In this document: positions 38,102 to 46,480 of the stretch, piece by piece | How the letters are laid out: each line of letters starts with the position of its first letter | Numbering within the stretch: the stretch's first letter is position 1 | From: Candidatus Thorarchaeota archaeon | GTDB lineage: Archaea; Asgardarchaeota; Thorarchaeia; Thorarchaeales; Thorarchaeaceae | NCBI GenBank assembly: GCA_048884965.1 | Contig: JBHLQH010000001.1 | Location: 224,001 to 288,000, forward strand | Length of the DNA stretch: 64,000 nt | Direction of reading: 5' to 3' | Notes under the pieces: generated by a model | Seen by the model: only the letters and a program-made list of their open reading frames with translations | Told to the model about the DNA's origin: nothing | Databases searched by the model: none | Position numbers and translations under genes: made by a program

Positions 38102-38245
38102 GGCTTGTTGAGATTAAAGAGGAGATATAATGTTTCTGCGCAGCAATATCGGACACATTTATGGACCTACAAGCAGCAAAACACATATGCAGGGAGCATC
38201 AGACAATGCGAGATAGACTATTGCACTTTCGGAGGCGCCTAGATC

Positions 38246-39961
38246 ATGGATATTTCGTTCAATATAGGTGGCGAAGCTGGTCAAGGAATCGATACCATTG
38301 GAGATCTCTTGACGCAGATCTTTGTCAAACAAGGATTCTACACATTCACCTCTAAAGATTTCATGTCACGAATTAGAGGTGGATACAATTTCAATGTGAT
38401 TCGGGTATCAGACAAGCCTGTGTTTGCATCCCTTGATACATACAATGTGATCGTGGCTCTAACAGAGGATGCCATCAGAGAACCTCGTGATAATCTAAGT
38501 GAAGGTGGAGTGATTATCTTTGATGAATCCATCGAGTTGAAAGAACTCGAAGCGTGTCATTTCTCGGCACCTCTGGAAAAGACGGCAAAAGAGATAGGTG
38601 GCGATGTGAGGATGATGAATGCTGCAGCGCTAGGTGCAGTTCTTTCTGTTCTCAAGTTCCCATTCAAGCTTGCTGAAGATATGCTAACGGGTATTTTCAG
38701 TAGGAAGGGAGAGAAGGTCGTCGAGTCCAACATTGCAGTCGCCAAGGCATTATATGATCTAACGAACGAGAGATTCTCTGGACCATGTAGTGAGAATCTG
38801 AGTGCCATTGAAAGTGGACCATGTAAAGACACTCTAATGTTGACTGGGAATCAAGGTGTTGCATTTGGAGCTATGGCTGCAAATGTAAAGTGGGTATCGT
38901 CATACCCAATGAGTCCTTCTACGTCAGTTTTCATAGATATCATTTCAAATGCAAATAAATTGAAAATTGGAACCATTCAATCAGAGGATGAGATATCTGC
39001 CATCCTTATGGCCATCGGAGCTTCCTATGGAGGTGCTCGCGCAATGACAACAACCTCTGGTGGAGGATTCGCTTTGATGGTTGAGGCGCTGGGATTCGCA
39101 GCAATGTCTGAAACTCCTGTAATCATATACAATGCGCAAAGACCTGGTCCAAGCACAGGACTTCCTACACGAACAGAACAAGCAGATCTTCTTTTCTCGG
39201 TCTTCGCGAGTCAAGGAGAGTTTCCAAGAATTATACTCGCACCAAAAGACCCCGTTGATGGATTTGATGTCACGGTGCGTGCGTTCAATCTTTCTGAGAA
39301 ATTTCAGGTTCCTGTCATGATACTCGGGGATCAATACTTTGCTGACTCTGTGATGAATCTGCCACGGATTGATGTTTCCTCAGTAAAGATCGATCGAGGT
39401 AGTCTGGCGGATGAGAATGATACTGCATACAAGCGCTATTTGCTCACAAATGATGGTGTTTCTCCCAGAGCATTTCCTGGAACTCCCGGGAAAGTGGTAG
39501 TTGCTTCTGGGAATGTGCATCTTGAGAATGGACATATAACAGAAAATGCTCAGGTTCGCGACGCCATGGTTCACAAATTCATGAACAAGATTCCTTTCAT
39601 CATGAAGGATATGCAGCATCCAACCTTATACGGAGCGAAGGACGCTGACATCACTTTGCTTACCTGGGGCTCATCCTGGGGTGCAGCTTTTGAAGCAATG
39701 CAAATTCTTTCTGAGCAAGGAACATCAATCAATCTATTGCATTTCACAGATATCTATCCAATGCGTGATGAGATCCTCAAGGAGGTTTTTGCAAGGGCGA
39801 AGAAAGTCGTTGCAGTAGAGCAAAATGCACTATCACAATTTGCGAAGCTTGTAAGGATGGAAGTTGGGCTAAACGTAACGCATCATGTGAACCGCTATGA
39901 TGGGCGACCGATGACCGCAAGATGGATTATTGAGAAGCTCAAGGAGGTTGGTGCTCTATGA
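38246..39961 (+). CDS. korA: 2-oxoacid:ferredoxin oxidoreductase alpha subunit
   Basis: GGEAGQG, YPMSP, EDE, TSGGG, QRPGPSTG.PT. Confidence 0.92.
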   Translation: MDISFNIGGEAGQGIDTIGDLLTQIFVKQGFYTFTSKDFMSRIRGGYNFNVIRVSDKPVFASLDTYNVIVALTEDAIREPRDNLSEGGVIIFDESIELKELEACHFSAPLEKTAKEIGGDVRMMNAAALGAVLSVLKFPFKLAEDMLTGIFSRKGEKVVESNIAVAKALYDLTNERFSGPCSENLSAIESGPCKDTLMLTGNQGVAFGAMAANVKWVSSYPMSPSTSVFIDIISNANKLKIGTIQSEDEISAILMAIGASYGGARAMTTTSGGGFALMVEALGFAAMSETPVIIYNAQRPGPSTGLPTRTEQADLLFSVFASQGEFPRIILAPKDPVDGFDVTVRAFNLSEKFQVPVMILGDQYFADSVMNLPRIDVSSVKIDRGSLADENDTAYKRYLLTNDGVSPRAFPGTPGKVVVASGNVHLENGHITENAQVRDAMVHKFMNKIPFIMKDMQHPTLYGAKDADITLLTWGSSWGAAFEAMQILSEQGTSINLLHFTDIYPMRDEILKEVFARAKKVVAVEQNALSQFAKLVRMEVGLNVTHHVNRYDGRPMTARWIIEKLKEVGAL

Positions 39962-40824
39962 TTACAGCCGATAAATTAGAAGGAGTTCAGAAAGTCACTT
40001 GGTGTACAGGATGCGGTAACTTTGGAATCTTAGCCTCGTTGAAGAAGGCAGTAATGGAGCTAGATGTTCCACATGAGGACCTAGTCTTGATATCTGGCAT
40101 AGGTTGCTCAAGCAAGATTCCTCATTACATCAATCTGAGCGCAATGCATACCTTACATGGAAGGCCTATCCCAGTCGCTACTGGTGTTCATCTTGTAAAT
40201 CAGGATTTAACTGTCTTTGTACATACTGGTGATGGTGATTGTCTAGGAGAGGGTCTCGGGCATTTTGTTCATGCTGCGAGGCGAAATGTGAACATGGCTG
40301 TATTCATCCATAACAACGGAGTGAATGGTCTTACAAAGGGACAGTTCTCCCCCTCAGCTAGAAGAGGGTATGTATCCAACACATCTCCACCACCACCCGG
40401 TGCACCGATGGATCCAGTGAATCCAATTGCTCTCGCTTTGTCTTCAGGTGCCAGCTTTGCAGCTAGAGGTTTTTCTGGTGACCAGAAAAATCTTGTAGAA
40501 ATAATGATTCGCGCTATCAAACACCGAGGATTTGCGGTGGTGGACATCCTCCAACCTTGTGTCACGTGGAACCGATCCCTAACATGGGCATTCTACAACA
40601 AACATACCTACAATCTACAAGAGAATGGACACGATGAAACTGATCGCTTCAAGGCAATAGAAAAGTCAATGGAATGGGGTGAGAGAATCCCCACAGGAAT
40701 CTTCTTTGATGTTGAGTGCACTGATCTTGCACAAAGCCTTTCACTACCAAGTGATGGTAGACTAAAGGAGCATGTCAATGATTTGTCCATCGTTCAACAG
40801 CTGATTGACGAGAAGATGATCTAG
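39958..40824 (+). CDS. korB: 2-oxoacid:ferredoxin oxidoreductase beta subunit
   Basis: WCTGCG, SGIGC, HGR, GDGD, GLTKGQ, QPC. Confidence 0.92.
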   Translation: MITADKLEGVQKVTWCTGCGNFGILASLKKAVMELDVPHEDLVLISGIGCSSKIPHYINLSAMHTLHGRPIPVATGVHLVNQDLTVFVHTGDGDCLGEGLGHFVHAARRNVNMAVFIHNNGVNGLTKGQFSPSARRGYVSNTSPPPPGAPMDPVNPIALALSSGASFAARGFSGDQKNLVEIMIRAIKHRGFAVVDILQPCVTWNRSLTWAFYNKHTYNLQENGHDETDRFKAIEKSMEWGERIPTGIFFDVECTDLAQSLSLPSDGRLKEHVNDLSIVQQLIDEKMI

Positions 40825-40826
40825 TT

Positions 40827-40856
40827 AAAGGAAGAGGGCAACAAGTCCTCTTCTTT
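40827..40856 (+). terminator. Stem-loop after korB
   Basis: GAAGAGG/CCTCTTC stem followed by TTT. Confidence 0.45.
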
Positions 40857-40918
40857 ATGCACACGAAGTAAAACAATATGTAGAACTTGTGCCTATGAGA
40901 AAAGTTGAGGCGAATTCT

Positions 40919-42304
40919 ATGGTGAAGATGAGGAAAGAAAGCGATGTGCTTGGTACTGTTGAGGTTCCCGATGATGCATACTTTGGGATAAATACTCAGC
41001 GTGCCATCCGCAATTTCTCGATTAGTGGACGACGAATGCCAATAGCATTCATAGTCGCCTTAGCCCAGGTGAAGAAGGCGTGTTTACTCTCAAACATTGA
41101 ACATGGAGAGATAGAGAACGAGATAGGTGAAGCACTCCTTACATCGGTTGACGAAATCCTTCACCATGAGAAGTTCTTCGATCAGTTTCCTGTTGATGTG
41201 TTCCAGACTGGTTCTGGAACGCAGACGAATACCAACATGAATGAGGTTCTAGCAAATAGAGCAAACGAATTGCTCGGACATTCAAAGGGAATGAAATCTC
41301 CTGTACATCCTAATGATCATGTGAACTTGGGACAGTCAAGCAATGATGTCATCCCTACGGCGATGCATGTGGCTGCCCTTAGTGGAATCACAAAAGACTT
41401 ACTCCCTGCTGTGGAGCGACTAATGCAAATTTTGGATGTCAAGATATCAGAGTTCAAAGGGATTGTTAAGATTGGGCGAACGCATCTTCAGGATGCTGTT
41501 CCTATACCCTTATCGATGGAGTTTGATGTATATAGATCACAGGTCATATCGAATTTTGATGATCTTCAACATGTACGTGAGGATTTGGTACGCCTCCCAA
41601 TAGGGGGCACTGTACTCGGTACTGGCTTGAATGCACCTGAAGGCTTCTCAGTTCGTGTAGTAAAACATCTTTCAAAAATAACAGGACTCCCTCTTGAGAT
41701 CAATCCTGTGCTTGCTGAGGGGATCGCTTCACATCGTGCACTTGTGAAACTAAGTAGTGTGTTGAAATTGTTGGCACTTAGTTGTCTTAAGATGGCGAAT
41801 GACATCCGCTGGATGGCATCTGGTCCTCGAGCAGGTTTGGGTGAATTACTATTGCCTGAAAATGAGCCTGGTTCCTCTATTATGCCTGGTAAGATCAACC
41901 CAACTCAATCGGAATCTCTTATTCAAGTTGCCTTACAGGTGATTGGATACGATGCTGCTATCACACTTGGAGAAGGATTTGGTAGCATCCTAGATCTAAA
42001 TGTGGCCAAGCCCTTGATTATAACTAATATACTTGATTCAATCAATATCCTCTCAAATGGAATCATATCTTTCGTCAACAAGTGCCTCATTGATCTCACA
42101 CCCAATCAAGAGATCATTCGATCCCATCTGGATAGGAGTCTTATGATAGTAACTCGCCTCTCGCCAGTAATAGGGTATGATAAGGCTGCAGAGGTAGCTC
42201 GGCATGCATATGAGAGTGGGAAGACCGTGAAGGAAGCGGTTATTGATATGGGATTGAGTATTGAGAATCTGGATGAGATATTAGACCCCGCAAGAATGAT
42301 TTGA
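40919..42304 (+). CDS. fumC: Class II fumarate hydratase
   Basis: QTGSGT..N.N, HPNDHVN, GRTHLQDA, GSSIMPGKINP. Confidence 0.92.
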   Translation: MVKMRKESDVLGTVEVPDDAYFGINTQRAIRNFSISGRRMPIAFIVALAQVKKACLLSNIEHGEIENEIGEALLTSVDEILHHEKFFDQFPVDVFQTGSGTQTNTNMNEVLANRANELLGHSKGMKSPVHPNDHVNLGQSSNDVIPTAMHVAALSGITKDLLPAVERLMQILDVKISEFKGIVKIGRTHLQDAVPIPLSMEFDVYRSQVISNFDDLQHVREDLVRLPIGGTVLGTGLNAPEGFSVRVVKHLSKITGLPLEINPVLAEGIASHRALVKLSSVLKLLALSCLKMANDIRWMASGPRAGLGELLLPENEPGSSIMPGKINPTQSESLIQVALQVIGYDAAITLGEGFGSILDLNVAKPLIITNILDSINILSNGIISFVNKCLIDLTPNQEIIRSHLDRSLMIVTRLSPVIGYDKAAEVARHAYESGKTVKEAVIDMGLSIENLDEILDPARMI

Positions 42305-42393
42305 GTTCAATGTGATTCCGCTTGAGAATAATTCATAACTGATGTGCCCTCCCTTTTTGCTGCTTAGTTCGCTTTCAGAGGAGGATAACAAGG

Positions 42394-44073
42394 GTGATCC
42401 ATTCACATGATGTACTAGTCATAGGAGCTGGTCTAGCAGGACTTCGAGTCGCGATTGAACTGGCTGATACTCATGATGTGGCGATTCTAACCAAAGTTCA
42501 TTCACTTCGCTCACATTCGGTTGCTGCACAAGGTGGGATAAATGCGGCTCTAGGGGAGGATGACTCTTGGGAGGTCCATGCCTTCGATACTGTGAAAGGT
42601 TCAGACTATCTTGCAGACCAAGACGCAGTTGAAATCCTTACAAGGGAAGCCCCTCAAGCTGTAATTGAAAACGAACGATGGGGCACCGCATTTTCGCGTA
42701 CTGAGGATGGTAAAATTGCTCAACGCCCTTTTGGAGGTGCAGGCTTTCCAAGAACTTGCTACGCTTCAGATCGCACTGGCCACAATCTACTACATACGAC
42801 CTTTGAACAGGCAATACGTCTGGGCATAAAGTTCTATGACGAGTTCTTTGTGACTTCTCTGGTTCGAAGCGATACGAAGATATCCGGAGCAACGGCTCTT
42901 GAGATTTCTACTGGTGAGGTACATGGATTCAATGCAAAGGCTGTGGTTATAGCCACTGGAGGATTTGGACGTGTTTACGCTCGCTCCACCAATGCAATCA
43001 TCAATACAGGAGATGGATGCAGCCTTGCTTTGAGAATCAGCGTACCCTTGAAGGATATGGAATTCGTCCAATTTCATCCCACAACACTGTTCGGTTCTAG
43101 CATACTAATCACGGAAGGTGCCCGAGGTGAGGGTGGTCATTTGATCAACTCCAAGGGAGAGCGATTCATGGCCAAGTACGCTCCAGAGAAGATGGAGCTT
43201 GCACCTCGCGACATTGTAGCAAGAGCTATACGAACCGAGGTCTTGGAAGGTCGGGGATATGAGAATGAGTATGTTCACCTAGACCTAACCCATCTGGGCA
43301 AAGAGAAGATTATGGAGCGTCTCCCTGGCATCCGGGAGATCTGTATTTACTTCGCTGGCATCGATCCAATTCAGGAGCCTATCCCTGTTCAACCAGGACA
43401 GCATTATTCAATGGGCGGTGTTGATTGTAACAGATCTGGTGAGACCTCACTTCGGGGTTTGTATGCTGTAGGTGAGGCATCGTGTATGAGTGTTCACGGC
43501 GCAAACAGGTTGGGCGGTAATTCACTGTTGGAAACCTTGGTCTTTGGACGCGTTGTTGGAGCTGAAGTAAGGGAGTTTCTAAAGCAAGCTGAGGGTCCTA
43601 GTGGCGTATCGATGAGGGATCAGGTTCATTCTGTTCGAGAAAAGCTCCAGACTATCCTCTTTAGAGAAACGGGAGAATCTGTTGTTGGTCTAAGAGAATC
43701 CTTGACTGAGATTATGGACGCAAAGGTAGGAGTATTCCGTCGTCCTGAAGATATCAAAGAAGCTCTTGATGTGATTCATGATGTCAGAGAAAGATTCGCT
43801 GCAATAGCCCTTGGTGGATCTGATAAACGTTTCAACTATTCCCTAATCCGAGCACTTGAGCTTGAGAATATGATTGATTTAGCTGAAGCTATAGCTCTCG
43901 GAGCTTTGAAACGTGAAGAGAGTAGAGGGGCACATTGGCGATTGGATTTTCCGCATCGTGATGATGGTCGTTTCCTGAAACATACCCTTGCAATGCTTTC
44001 ACCTGAAGGAATGCAGATAAGCTATAAGGATGTGAATCTTGGAAGATTTGAAGTAAAGGAGAGGACATACTAA
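42394..44073 (+). CDS. sdhA: Succinate dehydrogenase/fumarate reductase flavoprotein
   Basis: RSHSVAAQGG (FAD-linked His), QFHPT, EGARGEGG, HGANRLGGNSL. Confidence 0.93.
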   Translation: MIHSHDVLVIGAGLAGLRVAIELADTHDVAILTKVHSLRSHSVAAQGGINAALGEDDSWEVHAFDTVKGSDYLADQDAVEILTREAPQAVIENERWGTAFSRTEDGKIAQRPFGGAGFPRTCYASDRTGHNLLHTTFEQAIRLGIKFYDEFFVTSLVRSDTKISGATALEISTGEVHGFNAKAVVIATGGFGRVYARSTNAIINTGDGCSLALRISVPLKDMEFVQFHPTTLFGSSILITEGARGEGGHLINSKGERFMAKYAPEKMELAPRDIVARAIRTEVLEGRGYENEYVHLDLTHLGKEKIMERLPGIREICIYFAGIDPIQEPIPVQPGQHYSMGGVDCNRSGETSLRGLYAVGEASCMSVHGANRLGGNSLLETLVFGRVVGAEVREFLKQAEGPSGVSMRDQVHSVREKLQTILFRETGESVVGLRESLTEIMDAKVGVFRRPEDIKEALDVIHDVRERFAAIALGGSDKRFNYSLIRALELENMIDLAEAIALGALKREESRGAHWRLDFPHRDDGRFLKHTLAMLSPEGMQISYKDVNLGRFEVKERTY

Positions 44074-44801
44074 TGATTTTCAGAATAGCACGAAGTCGGG
44101 ATGGTGGAGCCATCACTCATTATGATCTCTACAAGATTCAGGAAAGGAAGGGTATGACTATCTTGGATGCACTCTTCCAAATTCAGGATCGTATGGACTC
44201 TTCTCTTGCGTTCCGCTATTCCTGTAGGGGTGCCGTCTGTGGAAGTTGTGCTATGTTGATCAACAAAGAACCCCGCTTGGCTTGTCGAACTCAGGTTTCA
44301 TCAATTCATACCGAGCCGCTAAACCTCAGACCTTTTCCGTCAATAAGTGAAACTCCTCAGGGATGGGATCATGAGAAGGAGATACTTATTGAGCCACTTC
44401 CCAATTTTCCCATACTCAAGGATCTCGTCGTTGATATGACCAAATTCTATGACACACTAAAGGAGCTCAGATTATGGGCCGATCCTGTGTCTGGAGAGAC
44501 TTCTCGTTTTCAGAGTCCTGAAGATCGTGAGGTCATAAGACGATATGTGAATTGTATCTTATGCGCAATTTGCTATGGCTCTTGCCCGGTAAACTTTGAG
44601 AATGAAGATTATGTAGGGCCTGCTGCTCTAGCGAAGGCGTATAGATTCAATCAGGATTCGAGGTCTCCTGATGCTGAGAGGTATTTGAATGACGCTAAAG
44701 GTCCTCATGGTGCTCCTCTGTGTGACCTCGTCATGAATTGCGTCAAAGCATGCCCTAAAGGTGTCGCACCTGGAGGAGCAATTCGAAAGATGAAAGAATG
44801 A
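44073..44801 (+). CDS. sdhB: Succinate dehydrogenase/fumarate reductase Fe-S subunit
   Basis: SCRGAVCGSC, CILCAICYGSCP, C.....C...CP. Confidence 0.93.
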   Translation: MIFRIARSRDGGAITHYDLYKIQERKGMTILDALFQIQDRMDSSLAFRYSCRGAVCGSCAMLINKEPRLACRTQVSSIHTEPLNLRPFPSISETPQGWDHEKEILIEPLPNFPILKDLVVDMTKFYDTLKELRLWADPVSGETSRFQSPEDREVIRRYVNCILCAICYGSCPVNFENEDYVGPAALAKAYRFNQDSRSPDAERYLNDAKGPHGAPLCDLVMNCVKACPKGVAPGGAIRKMKE

Positions 44802-44805
44802 GGGC

Positions 44806-45276
44806 CTATACCTGCTTCCTCGCCCTTTTTATGAGGTAAGCTATCTGTCCTCCATGATGGAATGCGTGATATCCTGCAATTATTCGCAGAATAGTTTCAA
44901 CTGATCCTTCCCGTAGTTTTGCAGGTGGTGGAAGTGTCGACCATCTGTCCAGCATCTCATCTGCCATCTTGTATAGAATCTCCTTGAATAACCTATAGCT
45001 TTGCCTAATATCAGATTCGACTCCTCCGTCATTGGTTTCTTGCTCCAGACTATCTAATTGTATTCCTAGCTCCTCTGACAGATGAGCACACACAGCACCA
45101 ATCGCCCATGCAACATGAGTGGCAATTTCATTAGCAGTTCTGCTATCTTCTGAGAGCTTCCAGTTCATCAGGGAATCATCATCGCTCATTTGAGATAGCA
45201 GCCAATTTCTTGCAGCTAGACCAAGTCGGAGTAGTTCTCCTCTTCTACCAGTAAGTCTCTCTTCCATCCTTGTCAC
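44806..45276 (-). CDS. DinB/YfiT-family protein
   Basis: EIATHVA ... HAFHHGGQ. Confidence 0.8.
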   Translation of the reverse strand: MTRMEERLTGRRGELLRLGLAARNWLLSQMSDDDSLMNWKLSEDSRTANEIATHVAWAIGAVCAHLSEELGIQLDSLEQETNDGGVESDIRQSYRLFKEILYKMADEMLDRWSTLPPPAKLREGSVETILRIIAGYHAFHHGGQIAYLIKRARKQV

Positions 45277-45329
45277 CTTTTAATGGACATGTAAGTAAGG
45301 GAAAATCTCCTGAAATGTCATATGGTGTA

Positions 45330-46427
45330 TCATTTCTTCAGAGATATAACATCAAATTCATCATGTGAGATATCTGATAGCCTGCTCTCTAATAGTTTGA
45401 TTGCTGGATCCGACTCATCGCATACAATCCATCTTCTCTTTGTCTCAGTCGCCGCTATTGCGAGAGTTCCCGAACCTACAAAAAAGTCTGAAACGATGTC
45501 CCCGGGCATTGAGGCTGACTCAATAACTCGTTTCATGAGTGCAATTGGTTTCTGTGTGATAAAGCCTGTGAACTCGTTGGATGAACCTTGTACCGGAGGT
45601 ATATCAAGCCACAGGTCTGAAACAGGCAATCCTTTCACATCCGCTAGGTATTGTTTCTTAGTGTACCGTCCGTTTTTGCTTTTGTATATCAATCCCTGCT
45701 CCCACCATTCCTCCAATCTCTCTTTGCTGTAAAGGTATGGAGCTGAACGTCCCCGCCAATCGTATATTTTTCGTCCTTGGGTTTTTTGAATTCCTTGAGC
45801 CTCAATCTCAATCAACCGGAATCTTCCTTTCTCATCCTCATAGCTATATGGCTTCTTTGACTTCTTATCATGAGGACGATAGATTGGATTTGTCTTGAAC
45901 TGCGTACAGTCATTTGCATACAGTAGAATTACATCATGTTGGCAACCAAATCCTCTGCTCTGGCTTTTTGGGCTATTCGTTCTTTTCCAGATAATCTCAT
46001 TAACAAAATTTGCATAGCCAAAGATATCGTCAAGTATCGTCTTGATATAGTGTGATACATGATAGTCGAGATGAACCCATAGACTCCCATCTTGCGTAAG
46101 AAGACCCCTCATCTTTTCTAACCTGACCCTCATAAAAGAGAGATACTCATCAAGTCCACCTTCCCACTTGTCACTATAGCTATGCTTGTCCACAACCTTT
46201 GCAGCTTGTTCGACTGATGCTATTCCCCTTGTCTTAATGGAATAGTCGACATTGGAAAAGAACGGCGGATCAACATAGATGAGACGAATCATACCTTTCA
46301 TCGATTCAGCAAGCATATCAATCGCATCGAGGCAATCTGCAAGTATCACTTGATTCCGCCATTCGGTCACTTTCAGTCCTGATGACTGTATGACATTTCC
46401 CTTTTGAGTGTTCATGAATTCCGACAT
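45330..46427 (-). CDS. Site-specific DNA amino-methyltransferase (beta class)
   Basis: YVDPPF precedes TQKP and DFFVGSGT. Confidence 0.9.
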   Translation of the reverse strand: MSEFMNTQKGNVIQSSGLKVTEWRNQVILADCLDAIDMLAESMKGMIRLIYVDPPFFSNVDYSIKTRGIASVEQAAKVVDKHSYSDKWEGGLDEYLSFMRVRLEKMRGLLTQDGSLWVHLDYHVSHYIKTILDDIFGYANFVNEIIWKRTNSPKSQSRGFGCQHDVILLYANDCTQFKTNPIYRPHDKKSKKPYSYEDEKGRFRLIEIEAQGIQKTQGRKIYDWRGRSAPYLYSKERLEEWWEQGLIYKSKNGRYTKKQYLADVKGLPVSDLWLDIPPVQGSSNEFTGFITQKPIALMKRVIESASMPGDIVSDFFVGSGTLAIAATETKRRWIVCDESDPAIKLLESRLSDISHDEFDVISLKK

Positions 46428-46480
46428 TGATATTAGTCAGATTTCACTTATGCATATTTCTGAAAGTGAGGTTATGTCCA

